From an uncultured delta proteobacterium (GTDB lineage: Bacteria > Myxococcota_A > UBA9160 > SMWR01), in contig CAWHTE010000001.1 in assembly GCA_963832165.1 (NCBI GenBank), forward strand, positions 576,001 through 640,000: 64,000 nt of DNA. Reading direction: 5' to 3'. Position numbers and translations under genes: made by a program. The notes under the pieces are model-generated. The model worked only from the letters and a program-made list of their open reading frames with translations. It was not told the origin of the DNA and did not search any database. This document shows, piece by piece, positions 22,628-33,681 of the stretch (its first letter is position 1; every line of letters starts with the position of its first letter).

Positions 22628-25471
22628 ATGAAGCGGATTCTCCTGGTTGGCGGCGGCGTCGCCCTGTTAGTTACGACGACGCTTCTCGCGAGTGCCCAGC
22701 TCCTCCCGGACATCCCGGACGACTGGAGCGGCATCGACGGCGCCCTGCTTCACGGGACGGTCACGCCGCCCGGAGCGGAGCTGCTCGAGAAGTCCAAGGA
22801 GCTCCGGGCCTATGACGATCTCGTCTACGGCTATCCCTCGCTGACCGAGGCGCAGATCACCTCCACCTATTTCAAGGATGGCCGGTTCCGGCCTGTGACG
22901 AATCCGAAGCGCGTGTACTACCCGCGCAGCGACGTCAAGATCGTGCGCGATGCGGAGTGGGGAGTCCCTCACATCTACGGACTCACCGACTCCGCCGCCG
23001 CGTTCGGCGCGGGCTACGCCGCGGTCGAGGATCGGCTGCCAATCATCATCGCGCTGATCGCGCTGGGCCGCGCCGAAGCATTCGAGCTGCTCGGCGACAA
23101 CGCGTCGTGGCTCGCCGACGCCGAGATCGTCCGACTCTACGGGTACACCGAGCAGGAGTTTCAGGCGATGATCGACCGCCTGCCGATCGTCTACGGCCAG
23201 GACGGGCAGGACGTCGTGGATCTGCTCGGCGAGCTCACGGCCGGCATGAATGCGGCGGTGCTCGGGATCGCACTCGGACAGCTGCCGCTGCCGCCGGGCG
23301 TGCTCGAGCTCGGCGGGCTTCCGGGTCCGTTCCGGACCACCGACATCGTGGCGATCGTCTCGATCGTGCGGGCGTTGTTCGGCGCCGGGGGTGGCGCCGA
23401 ACTCTCGAACGCTTCGCGGATGCTGTCGCTCGTGGAGCAGTACGGGCCCGAGCGCGGCCTCGCGATCTACGAGGACTTCCGCAACCGATTCAGCAACGAC
23501 GGCATCGTGCACACCACTGATTCGTTTCCGTACGGCCAGGTTCCCGCGGTCATCGACCCGGACTCCTCGCCGTACCCCAGCCAGTACAGCGGCGGCGACC
23601 CGGGCGTGCAGGTCTTCCTCGAAAGGCTTCTGGGCATCTTCCCGGGCGGCATGGCGCAGGCCTCGGCACAGACCGCCGACCTCGCCGAGCAGGCGCGCAT
23701 CAAGTACGAACACCTCGTCCTCGACACGCCGGGCGGCCGGATCGATCTCTCGCATCCGGGCCAGCTCAGCAACCACGTCGTGATCGACGGTGCGGTGTCG
23801 AGCACGGGGCACCCGATCCTGCTAGGCGGTCCCCAGGCCGGCTACTTCGACCCGCAGATCCTCGTCGAGAACGAGCTGCACGGCGATCGCATCCACGCGC
23901 GCGGAGCGGGCTTCCCGGGCATGGGATTCGTCGTGATCGGTCGCAGCGCGAACGCCGCCTGGACGGCCACCGCCGGCGGCTCCGACATGATCGACGTCTA
24001 CATCGAGGAGCTCTGCGAGCCGGAGGGCGGGGCGCCTACCGAGGGCTCGCTCCACTACCTGTTCAATGGCAACTGCGTGGCGATGGATCGCCGCGTGCAC
24101 CGCTCGCTGGACGTCGTCCCGATCGATCTGCCCGGCGGCGAGCTCCTGCCCGAGATCATCGTCGAACGCACCGTCCACGGCCCCGTGGTCGCGCGCGGAC
24201 GGATCGGCGACAAGCCCGTCGCGGTGAGTCGCAAGCGCTCGACCTATCTGAAGGAGCTCGACGCGGCGGTCGCCATCCTGCGACTGAACCGCAACCAGGT
24301 ACCCGACGGCGAGAGCTTCGTCCGGGACTTCACGCAGTCGATGAACCTGTCGACCAACTGGACCTACGCCAACGCCAGCGAGATCGCCTACGTGCACGGC
24401 GGCTTGTATCCGGTGCGGCCCGCCGGAGCGCACCCCGATCTCCCGGTATGGGGGACGGGCAACTACGAGTGGCAAGAGGACCCGGGCCTCGAGCACATCG
24501 CGCGCACCAAGCATCCCGCGACCGACAACGACGACGTCTATCTCTCCGACCTGGCGTCGGCGGGCGAGCTCTCGCGGCACCCGCACGAAGTGCGCCCCGA
24601 GCGGCACTACGTCGTGAGCTGGAACAACCGACCGGCACCCGATTGGACCGCCTCCGACGGAAACTGGGGCTTCTCGAGCATCTATCGCGCCGATCTACTC
24701 GAAGATCTCGTGCTCCACGAGATCTCGGCCGACCGCAAGATCAGCCCCACGAGACTCGTGCAGCTCATGGAGCACGCAGGCCTGTCCGATCTGCGCGGGA
24801 CCCACGTCCTCCCGCAGGCGCTCGAGATCCTGAGCCACGCCGATGCGATCGGTCCCAACGCAGCGCAGCGGATCGCCACGCTGCAGGCGTGGGCCGACGG
24901 CTGGACCGACTTCGCGAACGCGCGCGGCCCGCTGCGGCGCGACGGCGATCGCGATGGTGAGTACGATCAGGCCGAGGCCGCCGGCATCATGGATGCGTGG
25001 TGGGATCCGATGATCCACGCGATCTTCGACCCCGGCCTTGCGGGCCGCGATGTGTCGACCGTCTCGCTCCAGGAGTTCCACAACGCTCCGGGGTCGACGG
25101 GCTCCGCGTTCCAGGGCGGCTTCTACGGCCAGGTCCACGCCGACCTCGCGCGAGTGCTAGGTGAGCCGATCCTCTCGCCGACGTCGCAGATCTACTGCGG
25201 CTCGAGTGCCGTCGGCGTCGACGGCGACCTCGTGTCGTGCGCCAATGCGCTGGCGGCTTCGCTCGAGGCGATCTCTCCGAGCAACGCGAGTGCGCTCGGC
25301 GAGCGCATCCTGTTCCTGCCGACCGCCGCGCTGTCGATGCACTGGGTCAACCGGCCGACGACCCAGGGCCTCGCGATGTTCCCCGAGCCGTCGCGAGCGA
25401 CGATGATCGCGGCCGGCGTCGCCCTCGTGGGGATACTCGCGCGCTGGAGGCGCCGGCGACACTCGCGCTGA
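22628..25471 (+). CDS. Penicillin acylase family Ntn-hydrolase with PEP-CTERM tail
   Basis: Signal peptide, WGVPHIYG, processing site L-SNHVV, RTVHGPV, SWNN. C-terminus FPEPS-hydrophobic-RWRRRR. Confidence 0.9.
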   Translation: MKRILLVGGGVALLVTTTLLASAQLLPDIPDDWSGIDGALLHGTVTPPGAELLEKSKELRAYDDLVYGYPSLTEAQITSTYFKDGRFRPVTNPKRVYYPRSDVKIVRDAEWGVPHIYGLTDSAAAFGAGYAAVEDRLPIIIALIALGRAEAFELLGDNASWLADAEIVRLYGYTEQEFQAMIDRLPIVYGQDGQDVVDLLGELTAGMNAAVLGIALGQLPLPPGVLELGGLPGPFRTTDIVAIVSIVRALFGAGGGAELSNASRMLSLVEQYGPERGLAIYEDFRNRFSNDGIVHTTDSFPYGQVPAVIDPDSSPYPSQYSGGDPGVQVFLERLLGIFPGGMAQASAQTADLAEQARIKYEHLVLDTPGGRIDLSHPGQLSNHVVIDGAVSSTGHPILLGGPQAGYFDPQILVENELHGDRIHARGAGFPGMGFVVIGRSANAAWTATAGGSDMIDVYIEELCEPEGGAPTEGSLHYLFNGNCVAMDRRVHRSLDVVPIDLPGGELLPEIIVERTVHGPVVARGRIGDKPVAVSRKRSTYLKELDAAVAILRLNRNQVPDGESFVRDFTQSMNLSTNWTYANASEIAYVHGGLYPVRPAGAHPDLPVWGTGNYEWQEDPGLEHIARTKHPATDNDDVYLSDLASAGELSRHPHEVRPERHYVVSWNNRPAPDWTASDGNWGFSSIYRADLLEDLVLHEISADRKISPTRLVQLMEHAGLSDLRGTHVLPQALEILSHADAIGPNAAQRIATLQAWADGWTDFANARGPLRRDGDRDGEYDQAEAAGIMDAWWDPMIHAIFDPGLAGRDVSTVSLQEFHNAPGSTGSAFQGGFYGQVHADLARVLGEPILSPTSQIYCGSSAVGVDGDLVSCANALAASLEAISPSNASALGERILFLPTAALSMHWVNRPTTQGLAMFPEPSRATMIAAGVALVGILARWRRRRHSR

Positions 25472-25489
25472 GCCGGCTCCGCCTCTGGA

Positions 25490-26446
25490 TCACTTCTGGC
25501 CGGCGGCCTCGAGCGACTCGGGCGTGAGGCCCTTGTGCCCCCACACGTCGCCTTCGACGAAGCGATTCGGCGTCCACGACTCGTCCACGAGCACGCCGTG
25601 GCAGCCGACCTCGATGTCGAACCCGACCGGGCTCTTCACGTAGAACGAGAACATGCCGTCGTTGCGATGGCGTCCGAGGCTGGTCGTGATCGGCAGCCGC
25701 GCCGACACGGCGCGGTCGTGGGCGCGGCCCACGTCGTCGATCTCCGGCAGCTCGAACAGCACGTGGTGCAGCGCCGAGATCGGTCCTACCCGCAACAGCG
25801 CCACCGTGTGATGGCGCGCATTGCAGTGCAGGAACCACACGCCCTGCTGCGGCCCGAACGCGACGTAGTCGGAGAGCCGGAAGCCGAGCGCGCCGCACCA
25901 GAACGCGAGCGCTGCGTCGATGTCGGGCACGAGCATCACGACGTGGCCGAGGCCGAGCGGACCCGTCACGAAGCGGTCGACCCCGGCCGGCGACACGAAA
26001 TTGTGATCGCGCGTGACGCCGTGGAAGAGCTCGACGCGGTTGCCCGAGGGATCGCGCAGGTGGATCATCGCGTGCACCGCGCGCGCCTCGAGCTCCTCGG
26101 GCGTCGCGGGCGTGACGGCCACGCCCTTCGCCTCGAGCTCCGCGCGCGCGGTCGCCAGCTCTGCGGGGCCGCGCAGCTCGAAGCCCAGGTAGCGCACGCC
26201 CGGGCCGTCGCCCGGATGCAGCGCGACGCGCCACTGCCAGTCGTCCATCTTCAGGTACACGGATCCGTCGGGCGCGACGCCCGTGCCGCCGCTAGGCGCT
26301 CCCGGGTTCGGCATTCCCGGGATGCCCCAGGCCTCTCCGGGCAGGACGCGCGCGGGCATCAATCCAAGGATCCCCGTCGCGAAGTCGAGCCACGCCTTCG
26401 GGTCGGCGCCCTGGAGACCCACATAACCGAGTTGCCGGATTTCCAT
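25490..26446 (-). CDS. Extradiol ring-cleavage dioxygenase (HsaC/BphC-like)
   Basis: LGHVV, HCNARHH, LHHV, LGRHRND, SFYV, IEVG. The His/His/Glu iron ligands are present. Confidence 0.9.
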   Translation of the reverse strand: MEIRQLGYVGLQGADPKAWLDFATGILGLMPARVLPGEAWGIPGMPNPGAPSGGTGVAPDGSVYLKMDDWQWRVALHPGDGPGVRYLGFELRGPAELATARAELEAKGVAVTPATPEELEARAVHAMIHLRDPSGNRVELFHGVTRDHNFVSPAGVDRFVTGPLGLGHVVMLVPDIDAALAFWCGALGFRLSDYVAFGPQQGVWFLHCNARHHTVALLRVGPISALHHVLFELPEIDDVGRAHDRAVSARLPITTSLGRHRNDGMFSFYVKSPVGFDIEVGCHGVLVDESWTPNRFVEGDVWGHKGLTPESLEAAGQK

Positions 26447-26453
26447 GGACCGA

Positions 26454-27729
26454 TCACCTCTGCTTGACGACGGCCGCCGGGAAGAAGCCGAAGTTCGGAA
26501 TCGCGATGTCGTGGCCGAGCAACGCGAGGCCGTAGACGCGGCCCCAGACGTCCCAGTCGCAGCCGACGTGCGTGACACCCGCGCCGACGTCGCGATAGGC
26601 GCGTTCGACCGCGTCGCCGGTCTTGATGCCGTGTGCGCCGCCGCGGTAGAGCAGGCTCTCGACCGCTTCGAGCAGCATGCGCGCAGTGAACGCCTGGTTG
26701 CGGCGCCAGGTGGCGCGCTGGAACACGGTGGGCGCCTGCCACGCGCCGTACAGCCTCTCGGCCTCCTCGATGTCGCGCAGCATCAATCCCTCGGCCGCGT
26801 CGATGCGCGCTGCCGCGTCGGCGATCCGCAGCTGCACGGCCTGCGTGTCGCCGAGCTTCTCGCGGAACAGGTTCGTGCGCGACTGGAGCCGCTCGGCGGT
26901 CGCTTCGAGTGCGCTGCGCGCGGCTCCGATCAGCGCGGGGGTCACCGTCCAGCCCATCCAGTCGAACGTGGGCACGCGGTGCCACACGGAATCGTGTACG
27001 GCGGCGCCCTGCGTGCGCACACCCTGGTCGGGCGTGCGGTTGCAATCGGCCCAGGAGAGTCGTGCGGTGCTCGGGCACGAACTGCTCGCGCACGACGATG
27101 TCGTTGCTCGCGGTGCCCTTGAGCCCCATCGCGTGCCAGGTGTCGACGATCTCGTACTCGCCGGCCGCGCGCTCGAGGATGAACAGGCGCATCTCGGGCG
27201 GGCCGCCCGCCGCGCCGGGCCGCTCGACCGGGGCGAGCAGGAGATCGAGGTCGCAGTTGAAGGAGCCGCTCGCAAACTCCCAGTGTCCGTCGAGCACGTA
27301 GCCGCCGTCGGCAGGCCTCGCGATTGCGCGCCGCGGAGACCAGCCCGTCGACGCGATCCGCGCGTCGCGCACGGGATCCCCGCTGTTCCAGAGCCACTTC
27401 TGCGTCTCGGCCGGGAAGTGCGCGAGGATCAGCTGGTGCATCGCGTTGTTCTCGTACACCCAGGCCGTGCTCGCACAGCCGCGCCCGAGCTCGGTCGCCA
27501 CGCGGACGTAGGTGGCGAAGTCGAGCTCGTAGCCGCCGTAGGCGCGCGGCTGCAGGATCCGGAACAGGCCCGCGTCCTTGAGCTCGCGGATCGACTCCTC
27601 GGGCACGCGGCGCTCGCGCTCGCAGCGCTCCGCGCGCTCGCGCAGCCGCGGCACCAGCGCGCGCGCGCGTGCGATCAGCTCGTCGACACCCGGCTCGCCG
27701 GCTTCGTTCGCTCGGACCCGTTCCGCCAT
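26454..27729 (-). CDS. HsaA-like flavin-dependent monooxygenase (acyl-CoA dehydrogenase fold); frameshift at about 27060
   Basis: GLFRILQPRAYGG, GHWEFASG, DTWHAMGLKGTASND. The C-terminal half ends ...VERAYRDV. Confidence 0.85.
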
Positions 27730-27742
27730 GGCCGACTCCTTG

Positions 27743-28564
27743 TCAGAGCAGCTCGACCGGGGGATCGACGCCCGGCACGAGCGGCGCGAACGGTGCGACG
27801 AGCAGCGCGCGTCCGCGCTTGCCGGCGTCGATCGCCGCCGCGAGGCCCGCGAAGCGCTGCTCGAAGCACGCCGCGGGGTCCTGTTCGACGAAGCACGCGA
27901 TCAGGATGCGCTCGCCGCACGCCCGGTACCTCGGGCGCGGCCTTCGGCCACCACGCGGCCTTCGGCTTCGGCGTGAAGCAGAGCGCCATCGCGATCGGAG
28001 ACTTCTCGATCGCACCTGGCAGGAATTCCCGCGTGAGCCACGCGCGCAGGTCGTCGAGCGAGGTGTCGGGACGGCGCTCCGTCCACACCAGCACGATGCC
28101 GGGGTAGCGCCGGTCGAGCGCGAGCTCGGGCGGCACGCCATCGGCGTCGCGCAGCGCGCCGCCGAGATAGTCGTATGCCGCGGTCGGTGATCACGTCGCG
28201 CTGATCGAAGTTGCGGCTGGTTCGCGGCGAGTATCGGCATCTGCTCCGCGACGAAGCGCTGCTGATCGTCGTAGCGCCCGCGCTGGATCCAGATCGCCGC
28301 GAGGAACGATCCGCGCGTGATCGGGTCGCAGATCGGATTGCTCGCGGGCTGGCGCAGCGCCTTCTCGCGCCGCGTGGCGATCCAGCGCTGGGTGGCGATC
28401 GTCCAGGGCGCACAGCTGCCCGCGGCGATCAGGTGATCGCGCTCGTACCAGCGGTTCCAGGCCAGCTCGTGGCCGCGGTGCGGTTCCATGAGCGAGAAAA
28501 TCGCGTGGCCGAGCTCGACGCGCCGATCCGAGATCTGCGGTGCGGCCGGGGCGGGATCCGACAC
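27743..28564 (-). CDS. Hypothetical dimeric alpha/beta-barrel-like protein; frameshifts at about 27930 and 28190-28215
   Basis: EPHRGHELAWNRWYERDH; PELALDRRYPG; coherent protein-like pieces across three frames. Confidence 0.6.
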   Translation of the reverse strand: MSDPAPAAPQISDRRVELGHAIFSLMEPHRGHELAWNRWYERDHLIAAGSCAPWTIATQRWIATRREKALRQPASNPICDPITRGSFLAAIWIQRGRYDDQQRFVAEQMPILAANQPQLRSARRDHRPRHTTISAARCATPMACRPSSRSTGATPASCWCGRSAVPTPRSTTCARGSRGNSCQVRSRSLRSRWRSASRRSRRPRGGRRPRPRYRACGERILIACFVEQDPAACFEQRFAGLAAAIDAGKRGRALLVAPFAPLVPGVDPPVELL

Positions 28565-28624
28565 GGCGTCTCCTCCGGGCGGCCAGTATCGCTCGCCGCA
28601 CGCGCTCGCGCGCTCGTCATTCTT

Positions 28625-28658
28625 GCACACGAGGTGCGCGGATCTGCTCCTTGTGTGC
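28625..28658. promoter_or_regulatory. Inverted repeat, candidate operator of the divergent catabolic operons
   Basis: GCACACGAGG-N14-CCTTGTGTGC (9/10 match) overlaps a TTGCAC -35-like hexamer. Confidence 0.4.
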
Positions 28659-28700
28659 CCGGACGCGCCTCCCGTAGGCTCGACGAGCGGAGGAAGACCC

Positions 28701-29606
28701 ATGCCGCTGCGCGGTCTCGGATACCTCGGACTCGCGAGTCCCGACCTCGCGCCCTGGCGCTCGTTCGCGAGCGAGCTGATCGGGCTCGCTCCCGCGGAGG
28801 GTCGTGGCTCGAGCTCGGTGCTGCGCTTCCGCATGGACACGCGCGGCTGGCGGATCGCCGTGCACCGCGCGGCGCGCGGCGGACTCGCCTATGCGGGCTG
28901 GGAGGCGGCGGATCGCGCAGCGCTCGACGAGGTGGGCGCGAGGCTGCGCGCCGCAGGTGTCGCCGTGTCGACACCGAGCGCAGAGGAGCGCGCGGAACGC
29001 GGCGTGTCCGCGCTGCTGCGCTTCAGCGATCCCTGGGGTCACACGCACGAGGTGTTCTCGAGCGCGTTCTACGACTTCGACACCGAGTTCGTCTCGCCCG
29101 CGGGTGTCTCCGGCTTCGTCACCGAGCACGGGATGGGACACCTCCTGCTCGGCGTGCCCGATTGCAACGCGGCCGAGGACTTCTACACGAACGCGCTGGG
29201 CTTGCGGGTGACCGACCGCATGGACATGGGCGGTGGACACCGCGCGGTGTTCCTGCGCGCGAGCCCGCGCCATCACAGCCTCGCGCTCACCGACGTGCTG
29301 CCCGAGCCGGGCCTGCATCACTTCATGCTCGAGACTCGGACGCTCGAAGACGTCGGGCGCGCCTGGGACCGCGTGCAGGACCAGCGCGTTCCGATTCAGA
29401 TGACGCTCGGCCAGCACGCGAACGATCCGCTCGTGTCGTTCTACGCGGCGACACCGGGAGGGTTCGGCGTCGAGATCGGATGGAACGGGATGCTGATCGA
29501 CGAGAGCCGCTGGGCGGTGCGCGAGTTCGGCGGCAAGGGCGAGATCTGGGGCCACCGCGGCGCAGCGATGGAAGAGATCAACGCAGCTCGCGCGAAGGCG
29601 AGCTAG
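28701..29606 (+). CDS. Extradiol ring-cleavage dioxygenase (second HsaC/BphC-like paralog)
   Basis: GLGYLG, MGHLL, PRHHS, LHHFMLE, LGQHAND, SFYA, VEIG. Confidence 0.9.
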   Translation: MPLRGLGYLGLASPDLAPWRSFASELIGLAPAEGRGSSSVLRFRMDTRGWRIAVHRAARGGLAYAGWEAADRAALDEVGARLRAAGVAVSTPSAEERAERGVSALLRFSDPWGHTHEVFSSAFYDFDTEFVSPAGVSGFVTEHGMGHLLLGVPDCNAAEDFYTNALGLRVTDRMDMGGGHRAVFLRASPRHHSLALTDVLPEPGLHHFMLETRTLEDVGRAWDRVQDQRVPIQMTLGQHANDPLVSFYAATPGGFGVEIGWNGMLIDESRWAVREFGGKGEIWGHRGAAMEEINAARAKAS

Positions 29607-29608
29607 GA

Positions 29609-30622
29609 GTGGCGGGTTTGCGCATCTGTATCCTCGGCGCGGGCGGGCTCGGCTCGCTGGTCGGCGGCTGGCTCGCCGAATCCGGCGTATCGGTCACGCT
29701 GGTCGCGCGCGCGCCGCACGTCGCGGCGATCCGCGCGCGTGGGCTCACGATTCGCGGCATCCGCGGCGAGTGCGTCGTGCGGCGTCAGCTCGAGGCGGTC
29801 GCGACGCCGGCCGAGGCGCGCGGCGAGTTCGACTATCTGATTCTCGCGGTCAAGGCGAAGGACAGCGAGACCGCGCTGGCCGACGCGGCGCCGCTGCTCG
29901 CGCGCACGCGCGCGGCGCTCTCGCTCCAGAACACGCTGTGCAAGGAAGAGATCCTCGCGGCGCATCTCGGCGCGGAGCGCGTGATCGGTGCGTCGACGAC
30001 CGAGGCGGGCACGCTCGTCGAGCCCGGCGTCGTGCAGCACGTGGGCACGGCGCCGACCGCGTTCTATTTCGGCGAGCAGGGCGGCAAGCCCAGCGCACGC
30101 GTCGCCGCGCTCGTGGATGCATTCAACAAGGCGGGCTTCGGCGCGCGCGAGGCCGACGACATCCGCCACGTCGAGTGGGAGAAGCTGCTCCAGATCACCG
30201 CGCTGTGCGCGTGGTCGGTGTCGGCGCTCGGCGTCATGCCGGGCGGGTCCGTGGCAGAGGCGCTCGTGGTACGCGAGGCGGCCGAGCACTATCTCGCGAT
30301 CGCGCGCGAGCTGCTCGCGGTCTATCGCAGCCTCGGCTACGAGCCGCAGGACTTCTTCGCGCCGTACTCGCGCTTCCGCGAGCTCGCGCGCGAGACGGAC
30401 GAGCAGGCGGTCGAGGCGCTGCGCGCGCAGGGGCAGCGCATGCTCGACGCCGGCGTGATCGGGCGCCCGTCGCTGCACGTCGATCTGCTGCGCGGGCGGC
30501 CGACCGAGGTGGAGTACTGCCTCGGTCCGTTCCTGGCGCAGGCCGATCGCGCGGGGATCGCGGTTCCCACGGTGCGCGCGGGCTACCGGATCATCCGCAC
30601 GCTGGAGCAGATGCTGGTATGA
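29609..30622 (+). CDS. Ketopantoate reductase (PanE/ApbA)-family protein
   Basis: ILGAGGLG, LAVKA, SLQN, EWEKL, PSLHVDLLRGRPTEV. Confidence 0.88.
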   Translation: MAGLRICILGAGGLGSLVGGWLAESGVSVTLVARAPHVAAIRARGLTIRGIRGECVVRRQLEAVATPAEARGEFDYLILAVKAKDSETALADAAPLLARTRAALSLQNTLCKEEILAAHLGAERVIGASTTEAGTLVEPGVVQHVGTAPTAFYFGEQGGKPSARVAALVDAFNKAGFGAREADDIRHVEWEKLLQITALCAWSVSALGVMPGGSVAEALVVREAAEHYLAIARELLAVYRSLGYEPQDFFAPYSRFRELARETDEQAVEALRAQGQRMLDAGVIGRPSLHVDLLRGRPTEVEYCLGPFLAQADRAGIAVPTVRAGYRIIRTLEQMLV

Positions 30623-31437
30623 CCGAGAAGCGCATGCTCGACCGCGGCGAGCTCGATGCCGACACGCATCCCGATCTCAAACCGCCGACCTTCGCGAGCG
30701 TCGAAGAGGAGCGCGCCCACCGCAAAGCGCGTCTCGCGGGCGCGTGCCGGATCTTCGCGCGCTTCGGCTACGACCACTGGGTGGCAGGCCACCTCACGGT
30801 GCGCGATCCCGAGCACGCCGACCGCTTCTGGGTGAATCCGCTCGGCGTCTCGTGGCGGCTCCTCCGCGCGAGCGATCTCTGCCAGGTCGACTTCGCGGGA
30901 AACGTCGTCAGCGGCGAGCGCCCCGTGAACGGCGCCGCGTTCGCGATCCACTCCGAGATCCACCGCAATCGCGAGGACGTGGTGGCGGCGGCTCACGCGC
31001 ACACGCCCTTCGGGCGCGCGTGGTCGGCCACGGGTCGTCCGCTCGAGCCGATCAGCCAGGATCACTGCGCGTTCTACCAGGATCACGCGGTGTTTTCCGA
31101 CTTCACGGGCGCGGTCTACGACAGCGCCGAGTCGCGGCGCTTCGCCACCGCGATCGGGTCGGGCAAGGCACTGATCCTGCAGAACCACGGCCTGCTCACG
31201 GTGGGCCAGACCGTCGACGAAGCGGCGTTCTGGCTCCACCTGCTCGAGCGCTGCGCACAGTCGATGCTGCTCGTGAACGCGCTCGTGCCGCGAGACGGCC
31301 GCCCCGCGTACACCGCGCTCTCGCACGAGGTGGCGTCGCATACCCACGAGCAGGTCGGCCAGCCGCTGCACGGATGGCGCGGCTTTCAGCCGCTGTGGGA
31401 CGAGCTCATTGCCGAACAGGAGGATTTTCTGGCGTGA
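30619..31437 (+). CDS. Class II aldolase/adducin family protein
   Basis: AGHLTVRDPE, FAIHSEIH, AHAH, LQNHGLL. Confidence 0.92.
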   Translation: MTEKRMLDRGELDADTHPDLKPPTFASVEEERAHRKARLAGACRIFARFGYDHWVAGHLTVRDPEHADRFWVNPLGVSWRLLRASDLCQVDFAGNVVSGERPVNGAAFAIHSEIHRNREDVVAAAHAHTPFGRAWSATGRPLEPISQDHCAFYQDHAVFSDFTGAVYDSAESRRFATAIGSGKALILQNHGLLTVGQTVDEAAFWLHLLERCAQSMLLVNALVPRDGRPAYTALSHEVASHTHEQVGQPLHGWRGFQPLWDELIAEQEDFLA

Positions 31438-32396
31438 AGGCACCGAGCATCGATTCGATCCGCGCCGGCGACGAACTTCCGAGTGTCGAGCGCACGACCG
31501 TCTTCGCGCACTGGAACCGCTTCGCAGCCGTGAACGACGAGTTCATCGACGTGCACATGGAGCGCGAGGCCGCCGTGGCTGCGGGCCAGACCGACGTATT
31601 CGGGATGGGGAACCTGCGGATCGCCTACGCGCACAACGCGCTGCACCGCTGGCTCGCGGGCGCGGGCGACATCGCGGAGTTCGGCTGTCAGTTCCGCGCG
31701 CTCAACATGAAGGGCGACGTCCTGCGCACGCGCGCGGTGGTCAAGAGCACCGAGACGCGCGACGGCAACCCGCTCGCGAGCATCGAGCTCGACGTCCTGA
31801 ACCAGCGCGGCGAGAGCACGATGCCGGGCAGCGCGACGGTGCTGTTCTTTCCGGGCGGGAAGGGCACGAGCCTGCCCGAGCCTGCGCCGTCGCCGATCCC
31901 GACCGACCGCACTCCCGCGGTGCATCTCGACGCGAAGACGATCAGCTGGCTCGGCGTGCCGCTTCCTGCTGACACGGCATACCCGGTATGCGAGAACGAC
32001 ATTCGGCGCTGGGCGATCGCCACGTTCTATCCAGAAGATCCGCCCGTCGAGTTCCTCGACGACGCCGCGGCGCGGCGCGGTCCGTGGGGCGGCATGGTGG
32101 CGCCGCGCGACTTCAATCCGTTCGCGTGGACGCGCTGCACGCCGCCCGACACCTATCCATGGATGCGCGGAATGGGCAGCGAGCCCGGGCGTCGCGGGCT
32201 CAACGGCGGCCAGCGCAACCGCTACTTCGCACCGATTCGAACCGGAGATGTGATCACCTCCGTGGTCGCGCTCGTCGACGCGTACGAGAAGCAGGGTCGG
32301 CTCGGACCGATGCTGTTCCTGATCGACGAGTCGCGCTGGACCAATCAGCGCGGCGAGCTCGTGCGAATCGGCCAGCGCACCACGATCTATCACTAG
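31434..32396 (+). CDS. Double MaoC/hot-dog dehydratase (fused two-subunit type)
   Basis: NDEFIDVHM...FGMGNL and a second hot-dog domain LNGGQ...PIRTGDVI...WTNQRGELV. Confidence 0.8.
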   Translation: MKAPSIDSIRAGDELPSVERTTVFAHWNRFAAVNDEFIDVHMEREAAVAAGQTDVFGMGNLRIAYAHNALHRWLAGAGDIAEFGCQFRALNMKGDVLRTRAVVKSTETRDGNPLASIELDVLNQRGESTMPGSATVLFFPGGKGTSLPEPAPSPIPTDRTPAVHLDAKTISWLGVPLPADTAYPVCENDIRRWAIATFYPEDPPVEFLDDAAARRGPWGGMVAPRDFNPFAWTRCTPPDTYPWMRGMGSEPGRRGLNGGQRNRYFAPIRTGDVITSVVALVDAYEKQGRLGPMLFLIDESRWTNQRGELVRIGQRTTIYH

Positions 32397-32404
32397 GTGG
32401 TCGC

Positions 32405-33681
32405 GTGAGCTCTGCTTCGGCGCTCTTCACTCCGCTGCGCCTCGGCCCGATCGAGGTGGCCGGGCGCGTATTCAAGACCGCGACTGCGGAGACGCGCGCG
32501 AGCGAGGACGGGTTCGTCACCGACGAGCTCGTCGACGTGTACGAGGAGTGGGCGAGCGGCGGAACGCCGCTGATCATCACGGGCAATCTCTACGTCTCGT
32601 CGCAGGGCAAATCGACCTATCGCATGTGCGGCGTCGATGCCGATGACAAGGTCCCGGGTCTCGCGCGGCTTGCCGACGCGGTTCACCGGCACGGCGGGAA
32701 GCTCGTCGGGCAGCTCAACCACTGCGGGCGCCAGGTGATCCAGGGGCACACGGGCGTCGAAGATCCGGTCTCGGCCTCGGCGGTATCCGAGCCGACGATG
32801 GGTACGCGCCCGCGCGCGCTGCGCGGCGACGAGATTCCGGGAGTGATCGAGGCGTTTGCCTCGGCCGCGGTGCGCTGCCGCGACGCGGGCTTCGACGGCG
32901 TGCAGGTGCACCTGGCGCACGGCTACCTCTTGTCCCAGTTCCTCACCGCGCACACCAACCGGCGCACGGACGAGTGGGGGGGCCGCTCGAGAACCGCGCG
33001 CGGCTCGCGCGCGAAGTGGTGCGCGAGGTGCGCCGCCGCGTGGGGCCGGACTGCGCGGTGCTGCTCAAGCTCAACGGCCACGACCGCCTGCCGGGCCGAC
33101 GCGGGCTCGACACCGAGGAGCTCGTAGAGATCGCGCGCTGGCTCGAGACCGATGGCGCGGATGCCGTGGAGGTGAGCAACGGCCACTACGAGTCGGGCTT
33201 CCCGATGATGGCCGGCAGCTTCGACGGCTTCTACCGCGCGCTTGCGGTATACGGCATCGGGCAGTACATGAACGCGCTGCGCCGCACCTCGATGCGCTAT
33301 GCGGGTGGCCTGTTCGACGCGATGTCGCGCCGCCTCTGGCCGGCGCGGGAGGGGTTCAACCTCGACTACGCGCGCCGCTTCAAGCAGGCGCTGCGCATCC
33401 CCGTGATCTGCGTCGGAGGCTTCCACACGCGCACCGCGATCGAGACCGCGCTCGCGTCGGGCGCCGCGGACGCGGTTTCGTGCGCGCGCGCGTTCATCGC
33501 CGACCCGTGGCTGGTCGAGCACCTGCGCACCGGAGTCGCCGGGCCGCGCTGCGACTACTGCAACCTCTGCCTCGCGCACGCGGGAACCGGGCCCGTCGAC
33601 TGCTTCAACCCGGTGGTGCGCGCGCAGAAGGAGAAGCTCCGGGCCGAGAAGCGCGCCGAGCGCGCGGGAGGAATGCGATGA
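32405..33681 (+). CDS. NADH:flavin oxidoreductase (Old Yellow Enzyme family); frameshift in G7 run 32976-32982
   Basis: GQLNHCGRQ, GFDGVQVHLAHGYLLSQFL, NRRTDEWGG|PLENR, CDYCNLC. Confidence 0.9.

Noticed and set aside
32970..32990. Programmed frameshift or phase variation at G7
   Set aside because: A short homopolymer in an assembly with many indels; error is the simpler explanation.
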